DNA of 64,000 nt, taken from NCBI GenBank assembly GCA_039545335.1, contig BCIN01000002.1, forward strand, positions 2,572,678 to 2,636,677, written 5' to 3'. This DNA is from Kondoa subrosea. Lineage: Eukaryota. Under the pieces are notes generated by a model. That model did not search any database. It was not told the origin of the DNA and saw nothing but the letters and a program-made list of their open reading frames with translations. The translations under genes and the position numbers were made by a program. Every line of letters starts with the position of its first letter. Position 1 is the first letter of the stretch. Of this stretch, positions 39,122 to 53,054 are shown piece by piece.

Positions 39122-40580
39122 CTTGTCACCAACTGCACTCTTGCTCGTATCAAGCCAGTTCTTCACTTTGCGACACTTTTCTCGAAACGTCGAGCAAATC
39201 GCTGATCCAAGGCTGATGCTAGCCTATCTTGGCCCAGAAACAGAAGAAGAGTCTTCAAGCAACAAAGAGAGATGAGGAAAAGAGCTCTGTCTTGCGACTC
39301 TGAGCAATCTGCAGATTATTTGAGCGATGCTTCAATCGAGTCCAACAAGAAGCGCAAGGTAGTCTCGGAGAGCCAGAAAGATTTGCCTTATGCGTTTCCT
39401 TCTCTTTCTTCTCTTTCTCTCAATCAATCTCAGCCTGTTGTCGCTGCTTCGATTCAAGAGATCGAAATGCAGAACAAACCTGATCACGTAATCTATGTCA
39501 ATTCTCTGTCGGATGCTGAAGAAGACACTGTCGAAAAGGAAGAGGATTCTGCTACAAGACTCATGATGAATGCAATGGCAAGAAAACTTATTCTGATGGA
39601 GCAAGAGAAGCTGGCTAACGATTGGCGGAACCCTCAATTGGGAGCTGTAGTACTCTATCAACCTGTTGTAAAGCAAGAGGTAGAGAGACAGGAGGAAGAG
39701 GTGAAAGAGGGGTGTTCGACTGGCCAAGCAAATGAAAGCGCAATGGACTTGGACGATTGAATTTCACCTTGTCACTGGATTTATGATTTCTCAAAGGGAG
39801 AGATGAATTCCTGAGGTGTGATAATTTCTGTAGCATGTGGTATCTGCTATGAGTAAGTTCCTCGACATTCAGGCAAACAGTATTGGTATTGATCTCTGAA
39901 CTCTACCTTGCGACAGGTGGTCTTGCTGCCAATCTGCCTGCTGTCACCCACTTGCAATTTGAGCCTCATCTTCTCTAGCAGAACACAAGATCTGCCCATG
40001 CCCTCATCTGGCCGCTCTGCTGTCAATTTGTTCAATCCAGAGCCAATATCCAGTGGTACACGCAAATGCGCTTCGAGGAGCTCATGAATTACAAGCTATC
40101 TACACTGGGTAGGTATAATGCAACAGGTCTTCGCAGATCTAGCCGATCCTGATCATGCTTCTATGTCTAGCCCATATCTATTCCTCTACCTTCTCCCACG
40201 GCTTCCTGCCAGCACCCTTCACTTGACCTGCAAGTTGTGGTTCACTCTGCGGCGCTTCATTCAGCTTGTCTTCGATATGTTTTATCCCTTCGATCTCTTG
40301 ACCACTTGCAATCCTTTCGGCCAAATCATTGAAAGATAACGGAACAGGCCCTTCTGGAGTCAACGGAGCAGCAGAAGACTTGGCTTTGTGAGCGAGATAG
40401 AAAGTATAAGCTTGAGATTTGGTTTGCTCCATCTCTTCTGTTGTAGCATTCCGAGCGTAAAGCGGTTGAAGAATAGCTTCTAGACCTGCCTGAAGTATTC
40501 ATTAGTGTACTGTTGTCCCTTGAGATTGCTATCCTTACCTGGAACTCGACATCTTGGTCCATGCTCGACAAGGGTTGTTG
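38401..40580. repeat. Left arm of inverted segmental duplication (partner 57921-59970)
   Basis: Reverse-complement similarity through coding and intergenic sequence; the two 162-aa ORFs differ at 12 positions. Confidence 0.95.
39272..39760 (+). CDS. Hypothetical acidic protein (162 aa), duplicated at 58743-59231
   Basis: Intronless ORF with HVIYVNSLSD, VVLYQP and a MDLDD end; frame preserved in both copies. Confidence 0.75.
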   Translation: MRKRALSCDSEQSADYLSDASIESNKKRKVVSESQKDLPYAFPSLSSLSLNQSQPVVAASIQEIEMQNKPDHVIYVNSLSDAEEDTVEKEEDSATRLMMNAMARKLILMEQEKLANDWRNPQLGAVVLYQPVVKQEVERQEEEVKEGCSTGQANESAMDLDD

Positions 40581-40592
40581 AAACGCAGCCAT
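40178..40592 (-). CDS. PEX39: Peroxin PEX39-like protein (PTS2 import factor; C6orf226/YJR012C family)
   Basis: Spliced MAAFQQPLSSMDQDVEFQ|AGLEAIL..LSFNDLAERIASGQEIEGIKHIEDKLN..RKPWEK, with the characteristic C-terminal (R/K)PWE motif. Confidence 0.8.
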
Positions 40593-40619
40593 GTCAAGAC
40601 AATAGCGAATGAGGCAGGC

Positions 40620-42982
40620 ATGCAGGACAGCTCAGTAACACCTCAGGCAAGCTCAATGCTATCATCAAACCCGGCTCTGACCTCATTCTGCTTTCAATAC
40701 AGAGGCGAGCTCGTCAAATCACTCAGATCAGTCTGCGGAACCTGCAATTGGTCGCATCCAGTGGTGATACCCATCCTGACAGTGGCTCATTACCACATGA
40801 CTCTGCCTTGACTGGATCTGCAGCATTATCAAAGAGCAACTCGCAAGATGCATTGGACAAACCTCTCGCTGCGCGACCCTCTTTGCTGTCTAGACCTTCC
40901 AAACGCAGGCCACGAAGGTCATCTGATCCTCCTGCGTTGAATCGCGCCAGATCCAAGTCAAGCATTAAGGCATCAGACACCAGAACAATGACCAGAGAGC
41001 GTGCTTCTAGCTCTGTTTCCTTCGTCAATGCTCAATCTCATTCGGAAAGACAACACTCGTCTAGTCTACATGTGAAGCCGCAAGCTTCAGTCCCGTCGTC
41101 AGAAAGGAAAGGCAAGGGCAAACTGCATCTACCTACAAATGAACATGTAGCGAACAAAGAACGATGGTCAAGAGAGCAATTGGTTCATAAGCGAATGCTG
41201 TGCTGTTATTGTCTGGTATCGGATTCAAGAGGCCTCATATATGCGTCCGAGCAATTAGGTCCGGGAATGGATTTCGATTGGGAAATACCAGTCGGAAGTT
41301 TAGACTCTTCTGAGAGAGAAGTAACAGTGGACATTTGGTCTTCTGCAGAAGGGAAGGATGATTGGACGCTTGCACTCAGTACGCGCCTGCATCTCGATGT
41401 TCTGGTGTCTCTGGGCATGCATGTGAGTCGCCTGGCTTACAGTAGTTCATCTGTTCAACCGACACACAGCCAAATACATTTCCGTCTTTCCCTGTCAACT
41501 CGCTGGTAGTTCAGATATCCAGTGAGGAATATTTCATCGATCCGCAACACCTTCCACCGGAAGCGGATTCCTCTTCTTCTGATCTTGATGAAGAAGACGA
41601 AGAAGCTACTCTGTCTGATCCTGGTCCATCGCAATCTACCATGCAGCGCAAGAAAAAGGAACACTTCATGAAAACCCTAGCAAGAGATCGCAAAGAACGA
41701 GATACTCTGCTTGAACGATCAAGAAGAGAAACTCGAATGCTAGTCTGTGCTTCATTGGAGCAGATGCTCGCTTTGGTAGATGTCGAAAAGGATATACATG
41801 AATGTCAAGCAAAAACTGCACGGATACGAGAGAAGTTGGAATATGAAATGCACGCGAGTTCCGATGGGTTGAAAAGACAGAGGAATCAGACAAGCGATGC
41901 TGTACTTCGATATCAGGAGAAAGAAGCGAGGCTGAAACATCGCATCAATGATAGTATGCATAGAGATTGTCTCAGAAGAGTTGAGCTGAATGTTTGTGAC
42001 AGCTCACAAATCGATAGACGAGAAAAAAATACAACTGTCAAAGCGGAGAGGGCGACTGAAAGATGCACATGCGAAGCTCGACTCGCTTTCAGAGGATATG
42101 GAATCACTGCGTGTAAGAATCGCTTCATCAACTCGCAAGTATATGGCGCTCAAACAAGTCGCAACACAAAGGCAAGCTGAAATAACGTCTCAATTAGACT
42201 TTATTTTCCCTATAATACCTTCAACAACTGAAAATAACAGCCTAACCTTTTCTATACTCGGTCTTGATCTACCTAACTCTGCCTTTCCTCTAAAATCTGT
42301 CAACGACGACACTATATCGTCCGCATTGGGATATGTAGCTCAATTGCTCAATATGCTCGCTGCTTACCTTGGCGTGCCTCTGCATTACACGTTGACCTGT
42401 GCGGGCAGCAAAAGTCTGATAACGGACCTCATCAGTATGATCAAGGGCCCGAGAGTGTGAGTTCTGATTGCAAGATCATATTCTGGCTCTAACATTCATC
42501 ATAGGTTTCCTCTTTTCGCACAAGGCGTGGAAAGATATCGCTTCGAATATGCTGTCTTCCTACTTAACAAAGATATTGAGCAAGTGATGCAATTCCAAAG
42601 GATTGCGATGCCAGACCTCAGGGACACTCTCCCGAATCTAAAGAACGTAATGCTGACAGTAATGAGTCGGTAAGTCATATGAAGCGTTGTGTCAGCACAC
42701 TTTGACGATTCATGCAGGTCTTCCATATCATTCCGGGGAAATGGGCATTCTTCACCTCTAATTGCTAACGGCCTGCACAACTCTCACCTTGAAGATCCGC
42801 TCATGAACGGCAATTTGCTTTCTGATGAAGAATCGCCTGGTTCGTCTAGATCAACGTCTCCTACACCTACTCTTCGCGCTTCCACAAGGTCCAGGTCTTC
42901 AACTACCACAGTCAAAGTCCCAGCTGAAAAGATCCAAGCACAAAGTTCGAACTCGGGCAGAACGGGATTGAAATTGCTTTAA
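40620..42982 (+). CDS. VPS38: UVRAG/Vps38 subunit of PI3K complex II
   Basis: MQDSSVTPQ, GC-AG intron 40647-40702, RRARQITQISLRNL; coiled coil; ISSALGYVAQ..GSKSLITD..FPLF..RFEYAVFLLNKDIEQ..DLRDTLPNLK. Confidence 0.88.
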
Positions 42983-43236
42983 ACGCGTCAAAGATCGGTG
43001 CTTGGACTGTACGGGCAGATTGTAAAGAGTACTGCATGCTTCATCGCAACGTTGACGCCTCCGAAATAGCATTGTTTACCGCGGCTTTCGCTGTTGTTGA
43101 GAATAAACAAATTCCCACGCTGGCGCTCTTCCTCTTCCATCCATCTCCTTCTCTTCTGAAACTAAGTCATACACCTCACAGCCGAGCCTGGCTACTTACA
43201 CTCCTTTTCTATCACACACTCACACTCTTTTGAATC

Positions 43237-45906
43237 ATGCAATATAGCTCCCTCCTCTTCTATGTTCTCGCGGCGGTCAGTTTAGTTCAAGGGGACAACT
43301 TTGGACTCGAAAGAAGACATCAAGACGTGCACAGACACCATGGCAAACGAGCTGCATACAGCTTAGGCTCATGGACAGGCAAGAGCAGTCTAGCCAACGG
43401 ACCCAAATCTGGCGTTTCTGCCCAGGTATGTTGTCCATACTTGAACTTGACTAGGCTGATGCGAGAGCGTAGCAATTGACTGTCGTTGGCAACAACAAAG
43501 TTCTCATTCTTGATAAAGCAGAAAAGAACCCTTTGAAAGTCAAAGGAAAATCAGTATGGATCAGCTACCTCGATATTCCGAGCGGTAAAGTCAAGGGAAT
43601 GTATTCCCAAAGCAACTCCTTCTGTGCATCGGCAAGTTTGACTTATCTTCATTCAGCAATGGATCTGATTAGATGATCAGGGATCTTTTCTGAGTAACGG
43701 AACTATGCTTTCCTTGGGCGGAACTCCTCCTACATATCACTACGGGTACGTCCATGACTATTCATATAGCTCTGACCGGTGCTCACTGCTTTCCATTAGG
43801 GATAATGACGGTTTACAAGCTGTTCGAATGTTTCCCAGATGTGATGACAGCAGCTGCAATGTAAGCTAGGCGCGCATTTCACAGGCTATCTGGCTGAAGA
43901 GTTGCTTTAGATCTATGAGAACCCAGGACGATTACGCTTGACTTCAAAGAGGTGGTACCCGGGTACAAGGTATGTGCATTTTGGCTGAGCATCTCTGTGC
44001 ATTCTGATGTTGGTCTATCTCAGTCGTCTACCTGACGGATCTGTCTTCATCATGGGGTAAGATACCAAGTCTTCATTTCCCCGTTCTAGAAGTTGAATTT
44101 CGCTTAGCGGCATGGTCACTACCGGATTCAACAATGCTCCCGCGACAGACAACCCTACAAGTGAGACCTGTCAGATCTACAGTAGTTTGTTGCAGCCTAA
44201 TGCGGGAGCACACAGTCGAATATTTCCCGCCTAAGAACATTGCCGGCTACAACGGTCTCCAGATTCCTTCCAAGTTCCTCAAAGATGCCCTCAAGTGTGT
44301 GCTCTTTTCTGATCTAGGAGTAGTCTAATTGTCATATAGCACTAATTTGTTCCCTTTCATCACTGTCCTTCCGGATGGTCGCCTATTCGTCGTTGCCAAT
44401 ACTCTATCGATGATCTATGACTGGAAATCAAACACCGAACAGCGAACTCCCAATATTCCCAACGGTGTTGTAAGTCAAACCACTTTTTGCGAAACAGCAC
44501 GCCCTAAGAGTACATTTAGATCGTCAACTACCCTTGGTCGGCTGGTTCAGCTCTTCTGCCTCTCACGCCAGAGAACAATTATACACCAGAAGTCAGTGTT
44601 CTGTTTCTTGCTCGAACTGGATGTCGCTCATTCGGAAGCTAGGTCATATTTTGCGGAGGGTCCGTTCCCTGGCAAAATGGCAACATCAATGCTTGGGAAA
44701 CCAACAGTCAAGCTAGAGTCGGCACTCAATGCGCTCGAATGGTGCTGACTTCTGCTGGTATCAAGAAAGGCTGGCAAGTTGAACAAGCTGATGTCGCACG
44801 AGTCATGTCCACTGCTGTTCTTACACCGGACGGAAAAGTCTTGTTTGTCGGTGGAGCAAGAACTGGTCTTTCAGGCTACGATAATGTCAGTGAACTCTGA
44901 ACGGTTCGGATGTATTACTCATTTTTGCATACAGGCTCCCAATAAAATTGGTTCTTCGAACGCCGATAACCCAGTCTTCTACCCTTCGCTCTACGATCCA
45001 GCTGCTCCTCGTGGCAAGAGATTCTCTAGCAACTTCCCTTCAAGCAAGATTGCTCGTTTGGTACGCTTCTGCGACTGCATTTGGTCCGGTGCTGACGCTT
45101 TACAATAGTATCACAGCACTGCAACTCTGCTTCCAGACGGTCGTATTATGTATGCTGGCGTACGCTTCTCTTTCCTGTATCATTATTGCACAAGCTGATT
45201 GTGTGTTGCAGTCGAACCCTGTAAGCTTCTACGCTGGTCGCTTATGGTTTGACTTATCCTCTATGGACAGAACGATGATGTCCAAACTCGCAAGTACCCT
45301 ACTGAGTACAGGACTGAATACCTCAGCCGTAAGTCATGAACTATAGCTATCGAAACTGTGTCTAAAAACATCCTAGCACCTTACATGCGTGCGAAGCGAC
45401 CTTCATACTCTGGTCTGCCAAACAACATATTGTATGGCCAGAACTTCAACCTCAACGTCAAGCTACCAAAATCCGGCAAGGTTACTGGTAAGTATCCGGT
45501 CCTCAGTCGCGCACACTTTGAGTCTGGTTGAACTGCGCAGTGGCTCTGATGGATCTTGGTTTTACTACGTAAGTCTTAACCTTGAGCTTTTGGATTCTCG
45601 ATCTGACTGTCTTGTCTAGCCACGGCATCACTTACAACATGCGCTCTGTTGGATTGGTCAATGCTCTCAGCGCTGACAAGAGCACTCTTACTGTCACTGG
45701 TCCTCCAAATGTCAACATTTACCCTCCTGGCCCAGCTTGGCTGTATGTGTTGGTTGATGGAGTTCCTTCACAAGGGTACAGGGTCATGGTCGGAGATGGC
45801 GTACGCTTCTCCTTCTTCTATCATTTCGAATAAGCTAACCTAAGTCTTTTAGTCGAGCCCACCTTCTGATGAGAATGCAAGACGCAACATGTTGGCCAGG
45901 ACATAG
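43237..45906 (+). CDS. Second secreted copper radical oxidase (AA5_1), highly intron-fragmented
   Basis: Signal peptide and His-rich pro-region ending KR; SFCASG, RWYPG, RLYHS, FTTHG and PPGPAWLYVLVDGVPS; GC-AG intron 43632-43680. Confidence 0.92.
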
Positions 45907-46175
45907 CTAGTCTAGTAGTGCTATAGTACCCATTTGTTCGATTTCGTGTACAGTAATATATACTTCTCCTTCTTTGCATAACATCGAGAGCCTTGCTCAA
46001 AGACTCACTCGTGCTGACACAAAACACTACTAGGCTGAAGGAAGATGCTGTCATTGTCAAAATCACCTCTAACGTATGTATATAACAGAGTAACAGCATT
46101 ACAAAACGACAATAACGAACAGGGAAAGCTACACCCTTAAAACTGAGACACTTCTATTGCAATCTTTTGAGGTCT

Positions 46176-46947
46176 TTAGCGAGCCATGATGCAGCTTTCG
46201 CCCAAGAAGGAGAGTTCGTAGCCATTTGCGCAGGCAAGGATTTGACATGCTCCAAGTTCGCCTGCGTTCTGTAAGCCAAAACCGATGACTTGCGCGCGAA
46301 GAACTCACAGGTAACAGAAGAAACATTAGGAAGACGAGAACAGTCTTCACCTTCTCCCTCTAAAACGCATCCTCCGCAGCTATCCTTGGTGTTTTGCGTC
46401 TAATGACAAAATCAGCTTTCCGGACAAGGCTTGAAAAATCTTGTCGTTGTGTACGCACATCAATGCATTCATAAGCTTTGTTTCCTAAGCCATCTCCCAT
46501 TCCGGGAACCAAACATCTGCGTTCACCTGGAGTTGGGCAGGAAGCAAGATCTTCCAAATCCAAACGTCTCTTAAGAGCATAATCGATTCTGTCTGACGTG
46601 TCCTCCTCTTCTTCGTAACCCTCTTGATCAGCCTCATCCGTTCTTCGGATGAATAGTGGTGATGGTCTGCCAACATGGCCAGCAGCGACATTGGAAGTCT
46701 TCTGGGCTCCTGTGTCGGGAAGACCCATAGGTCGTGGAGAAGGACGATGACGACCTGGGACTGGACCATGATTGGGTCTTCCTCGTGGTGGTGGATGTTG
46801 TGGATGTTGAGCGTGATGATGATGGGGAACTTGCTGAGTTGGTGAAGAGATTTCAGTAGTGTGACCTGGCATAGGTGATGGACCATGATGCATGTGAGCT
46901 GTTACTATTGCTATCAAGCCAAACAGTAGAAATAGACGCGCTTGCAT
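46176..46947 (-). CDS. Secreted PriA/CPL1-like cysteine-rich protein
   Basis: Signal peptide, His/Pro-rich linker, then CP..RC..YECID..SCGGC..GEDC..V.CELGACQILACANGY. Confidence 0.85.
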
Positions 46948-47778
46948 CTTTATATAAAAAGGAAAGTGGGTTTGTTTCAAAAGAGTGTGGGTTGGGTCGT
47001 AAAGGTTGGTACTGAGTCGTGAAGTTTTGACGTTTGTTGTTCAATACATCTGGTTGTTACTGCTAAAAAGAGCAAAAGATGCTACAGACAGAATTAGTGT
47101 GATACGTTGAAAAGCAGTTCGAGACCTTACCGTTAATTTTGGCCTAGACGCGCCTGAAGTGTAATTTTGCGTTTCTAATTGCTACAGATCAGCAGGAGTA
47201 GAGTTTCGACAATGTAATAGTACGCTTACGCACAGGACATCACAATTGAAAGTACTTGGTGATAATGGACCTTTGGGTAGCCCATCGAACAGCTTTCTAC
47301 GAAGGACAGCTGATGCCTTGCACTAATCCTCCCGCCAGTGAATGGGCGGGAAGCATACATAGGCCCATAAGATCCAGAACAAAAAGTCATGCATGAAATG
47401 CTCTGACAAAATAACAAGCAGAAGATCGATCCCGGAAAGAGCTATCTAGCCAGCTCTAGCGTGCGCTGCGTAGTCAAGTAGCGTAGTCACATAACAAAAC
47501 AGGAAGGAAGAGACGAGATTGTGAAGGCAAGCTATGTCGCTTAACTCTTGAAGTTGAGAGGTACACCTCAGAAAAGCAAGTCGGAACAACGGAAGCCAGT
47601 GACCAGTGAAAAGGTTCTCTTCTGTGTATGTAGAGCACGCAGAGGCACAGATAGACCGTAACAGCCTTTGGCAGGGCACTGAAGCGAGAATCATGCTGCC
47701 CTTCGTTCTTGTCTTGCGACGATGCACTTGTAAGAGGTGAGACCGCGAAATATACCACACAGTGCAGGATATACAGCT

Positions 47779-50700
47779 ATGGCCTCACAGACAACGCGAT
47801 CAGATTCGGACGATCAAGAGCAAAGACTGGGTGATAGTGAAATTGGGATAGAGGAGCAGCAGGACAGGCCTAAAACACCACCGCCTCCAGAACCTGTCAA
47901 AACGCATACTAAGATGGCTAGCAGCAACAGCGTCAAGGCAAGGCTCGCCATGTTCGAGCAACAAGAGCAGAAATCTCTACCAAAACAAAGCAGTCCAATC
48001 AAACCCAAAGCCAGGCCACGCTCTATCGTAGCTACACCTGAGCCTGTCTCTGTCACAGAACAAGAAGATCCCTTGCAATTACAAGAAGTATCGCTTGCAA
48101 TCGATGAACCAGTCGCGTCTACTTCGAAGCTGGATCCTCCGCCGACTAACATCCCGTCTAGACCTTCCTCTGCAGCGTCTTCTTCAGCCACAACAAGTGC
48201 TGTAACAATCTTCGGCATAGTTCTAGTAGATTTCGATCATGCTTTAGGTCCCAGATGCGAGTATTCTTGGCCTAACAATCTCATAGACGACCCAGAACTC
48301 AGCAGCTCACTCCCTTTCCTCGCCTTACCTGATGGCGCCCACATGCGGGATGAAGATTACAGCTATTTCCATTTACTCAGTCCAACCATTTCGTCTTCTA
48401 CTGTATTCGGCATCTCCTGCAACCGTCAAATATCCTCAGATCAACTCTTGAACCGATCTGCAGAAATCACTAGAAGTACAGTACAGAAAGCAATAGTCGT
48501 TTTGGCTTCCAAACCTGTCTTTGGTCCTATAAGGGATAAATTGGGGGTCATTACTCGAGCTTTCTTTGCGCAAAAGGATTTTGGCGAAACGAGTATATTG
48601 GTCGACTTCTTTTCTAGTCTGGAGAGCGGGCTCGGAGGAGCTATGTCTAGTAGTGGGACAAATACCAAAGCGAACATTGAGATGGAAGAGAACGCTATGT
48701 ATATGGGTGCGTGTGAAATTAGTTCTTCAGCTTCATCGCTGACAAGGCCTGCTTCATACATGCAGGTACCTCTCTGCGAGAATTGATATACAAGTTCCGT
48801 TTCAAGACTTTAATGCTTCTCAAGTTGCTCATGCTGCAGAAGAAGGTACGCATGTATCTCGGAAATTAGCCTGTGATTAATGCGTCAGAATACTCCCGTA
48901 CAGATCATGTTTTACGGACAGCAAGTGGAACGTTTATGCACATATCAATATTCCCTGGTCTCGTTAATACCTTGCATGTGACCTTTTACTATCATAAGGA
49001 GTGATACTTACCTAGTTGAGTAGGTCTACTGTTGAACTTGGACGATGCAGCATCACCTTCTTTGGACGAATGCTCGAAGAGAACCCAGCATTCAACAGAA
49101 CTTCGATCATCCGACAAGAAGAGTCTATTGAAGTATCTCGGGCTACCTCTCAACATCTTTGGAAAGGTATGCCGCCCTTAAGCCATTGTCGGTGTCCAGC
49201 TCAAGCAATATCTAGGACTCCTTCTTCCAACCCTACCTACCTCTTCAGCAGATCGAACTTCTTCAAGCTACTTCCTATCTCGTAGGAACAACCAACAGTA
49301 TATTCCAGCAGCAAAGGGATTGTAAGATTGATGTACTAGTCAATGTGGGTCCAAGCTATCCCTTTTGCCTAGTCTGCGGCTGAGGGAGAAGTTTTGCAAC
49401 GCACAGATTGATACAGCTGCTATTGAATTCCTGGACCCTAGTATAGCGCCGTTGGTGAATCTAACAGCACCTGATCGAAAATGGATGGACGACGTTAGTT
49501 TTCCCTCCCTTTTGAAAGCGATGCGTTGTGCTGATCTCAAGTGTAGCTCGTTTCTACTGTTAGCGAAAGCTGGAATGCTGCTGATCCTGCACGGCCGAAA
49601 GGCATGAAGTAAGTCTCCTCTCTCTCTCTCTCTTTCCATGTGGTCTTATGCCAATATCTTTTCAGATTCGTCGGTAGCGACGATTTCTTGCGAGGGAAGT
49701 TCGAAGTAAGTCTTCATCTTCTTTGAGAAGCTGATTGTTGATGTCCCTTCAGGAATACATTTGTTCAGCTTTATCTGCTATCAAATTTGTCGATTACCTG
49801 AGCAAGGGCAAAGAAGCAGATATACTGCTTAGTGGTGCAGGTAGGCGTCAGAAGATGACTTTAGCTTAGGAGGCTAATGTTTGGTTCTGCTTGCTTGCAG
49901 ACATTCACTCTAGTTTATCGAGCTATAACGAAGCCTGGATTCGAGCTTTCAAGCAAACTCCAGCTTTCGCTTTATGGGACAACACAACAGATGCAGTCAT
50001 CTTCGATCTCGTCGAACCAAAACATCCATGCGAAGGTCAAACACATCTAGTACAAGACGTTGGTATTCGACTCAATCAAGGCTTGCACGATCTACACCTG
50101 GAGGAGAACTTGGCGCCTGCGAGAGAAGTCATTTCGAAAGGCATTGCAACTGGCTCGGCAGGTGTATGGAATCTCTATAGCAACGTCAAAGGAGATCTAG
50201 CCAAGAGGCAGATGGACTATAGAGCTCAGCAAGAGAAGGCTTTGAAGGACAAAGAAGAGGCTGGGCCTTCTGATCCAGCATTATTGCCCATGTCTCCTCC
50301 TTTACTCTCGACACATGGTGAGTTTCGGTTGACGTAGCTCTGAAGCGCGAGAGCTGATGTGTTTGCAGTCATTGCTGGTGCTGCAGAAGTTGGTACTCGA
50401 GCATCTTATTTGGCTTCAAGCGTTGGCTCCTTCCTTTCGTCGAAGAAGGGAAGCTTTTTCGCCAGCAGATCACCTTCAGAAGCGTCTTCTTCAACCTCAA
50501 CGGCAGCATCTGACACGGTCCCGACTGAGAACAAACTTCCACTGAATGATTCACCTCTGGCAGCAGACACTTTCCCGCCTATAGCTACTCTCACGTCTCC
50601 CAAATCGTCCACTATCAAGACGCCTACACCTGTCTCGCCTCCTTCGTCTGTGACCTCACCATTTTCGTCTTTCTTCCGCTCAACAAGCGAATCTGCATCT

Positions 50701-51012
50701 TCCTTCCCATCTTTCTTCCGGAAAACTAGCGGGAATAATCCCAACCCTACAACTCCAGGTCTAAAAGAATTATCTCTGGGCTCTCCTTCTACGTCGCCTG
50801 TAATCAGACCGAGTTCCAGTCCACGAACGACTTCACCTAGGGTGAGTGCTGCAATATAACAAGTCAATATCATTTCTCACACTTGAGTACAGCTGTCTCC
50901 CAAACTTTCACCTAATCTATACAATTCAAGACCGAGTTCTATAGTGTCAATTGGGACAACGAGCAGTACTTCACCTCGAGAATCGAAGAATATGGAAGAA
51001 GTAGCATTGTAA
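47779..51012 (+). CDS. AVL9: Late secretory pathway protein Avl9 (DENN-like)
   Basis: VDFDHALGP, LPFLALPDGAH, FGISCNRQI, TRSTVQKAIVV, LRELIYKFRFKTLMLLKL, FQPYLPLQQI and FVGSDDFLR. Confidence 0.95.
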
Positions 51013-51125
51013 AAGCAATTGTCGGTCGATTGTACATTTGTATTACCCCTTCAAACTTGCAGATGCATAGAATCTATATACACTTTGCGGATCTATCAAA
51101 GATCTCTGCAAATTTTTCTGTCTCT

Positions 51126-52368
51126 TTACGGACGAGTCCTCTTCAAATTTCTACCAGACCTGCGCTTGTTTTCACCATCTTCATCTACCTCCATTTCATC
51201 TTTCCCTCCCTTTCTTCCACCTCCATAATCACCATCTGCATCTTTATCTTTTGCTGAAGATCGAGTCTTAGCTGGTGATCTCTGATCATTGTTACCTCCT
51301 CTTTGATTCCTGTTTTCAGGGTTCTGAATCTCTTGAATCACACGTTTGATACGATCAGATTGTTGAGCTTGTCTTTGAGCAGCCGCAGCACTATCGTCGT
51401 GCACAATCAGTATCAGGCTTCAGTGACAGAAGGAGAGCAAGCAACGCACTCTACTTGTCTTCTTTGTGCAATCTTAGCATCCAGCAAATCAACAGCTTGA
51501 CCAATCTTGTGACTCCAGAAAGCGAGAGATTGTTGTACCGATGTCAAAGCATTCACATCTCTACCGGAAACGGAATCCACGCTTAAGCGAGATAGACGTT
51601 GATCCAATCTACCACTTAAGAGATCGGCATAGAAAGCGTCAATGATAAGATCCTCCCTTTTAACGAAAATTAGCTTGAGCAAGAAGATCAGAAAGGTAGG
51701 AAGTACAGTTCGTGCGCTGAAGGGATTTCAAGTTGCTGCATTAGTACATCTGGACACAGTTTTAGCTTGTTGTGCAAGCGGAGCAAGAGAGGAAAGCTTA
51801 CTGTAAGGGAGAATACGAGAAGTCGAAGCGAGAGTGACTAAAGAGAGTTGCTTCAGCTTCTGTACTTGATTATCCTTGAGAGGTGGTAGAGAAGCGGCTT
51901 GCGCTGTCAGACAATCAATGAATCAGATAGCTGAACACAAGACAGCTAGCGGATTGATTGCTGACCTTTGTAGTCTTGCCATGTTCCGTAAGCAAAGATG
52001 GATAGCAAAGTATGATGACCAGCAAATTGAGGAGTCTTGCCTAACTGTTCGTCGCACAGCTCGCCTTAGCAAAGAATCTGCGTAGGAAGACCATGCCCAC
52101 GAACTTCATGTATTGAAGGCACATCAAGCAATTCTCCAAAGACGTAGACCCCAGGAGCTCCTAATGCTTTCTCTACTAGAGCCGCAGCGCCTGCACCGCG
52201 AGCAGATTTGGCCAGTAAAAGCAAAGGTTCGACTTTAGCTGGAGCACCGAATGAAGGGCCTGCGACTGGCTTCAAGGCGGCAGGTTGAGGTGCTACTGCA
52301 GTAGAGGGACCTGGGATGTCACTGATCCGAATGTTGGCAGCGATATCATTCTCGATTGAAGCGTTCAT
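51126..52368 (-). CDS. CSN7: COP9 signalosome subunit 7 (PCI domain)
   Basis: [56 protein letters not shown] and [19 protein letters not shown]. Confidence 0.9.
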
Positions 52369-53054
52369 GGCGACTGTTGTCGAAAGAGCGTCACCTTCTA
52401 CAATTCTGTTTATGTCTGTGTCTGTCTGTCTGAGCGTGAGTTGTCAATGGTCGCTGGGTGTTGGGCTGCTCGCTGTTGCCTGTTCTTACGCGTATCGCTG
52501 AAATTATGGACTCTCGCGGAGCCAAGTGAAACCTATAGCCTTGATCTTGATCTTGAATCTTGAATAGCTCTCTCTGTCTCTTTCTCTGGTATCTCTACCT
52601 TCTTCCGAAAAGACACATCTGGTCTGCATTGGTCTTGTCGATCCTTGCGCCTTGTTGACCTTCCGTCGAGACTGCCGGTTAAACGCATCTGTTGCTTAGA
52701 CGATCTTTGCGCTGTTATGGCGCAGAATAGAGCTGTTCAATAGGTACAGCCGAAGGGCGACATATCTCATTTCAATATGGACTGGCCAAGCTGCTAGATC
52801 AAATTGGCTTTCAGGACTTTACCATTAACAAGCCATCAGGGGCTAAGCAAAAGAAGCCCTGCAGTGCTTAGTCTTGCAGCTTCGTTATTCTTCGACCATC
52901 ACTGCACCGAGAAGATAACTACGAGACTGCACTGCCCAAACTCGACCGTTTTCGACTTTCCTAACCTCCGCAACCTTTCTACATTTGCCATTGACACGGC
53001 TCACTGGTAAGCTATCTTTCTCAATATTTACAGACCCCGTCTGATCGTGCGCAG

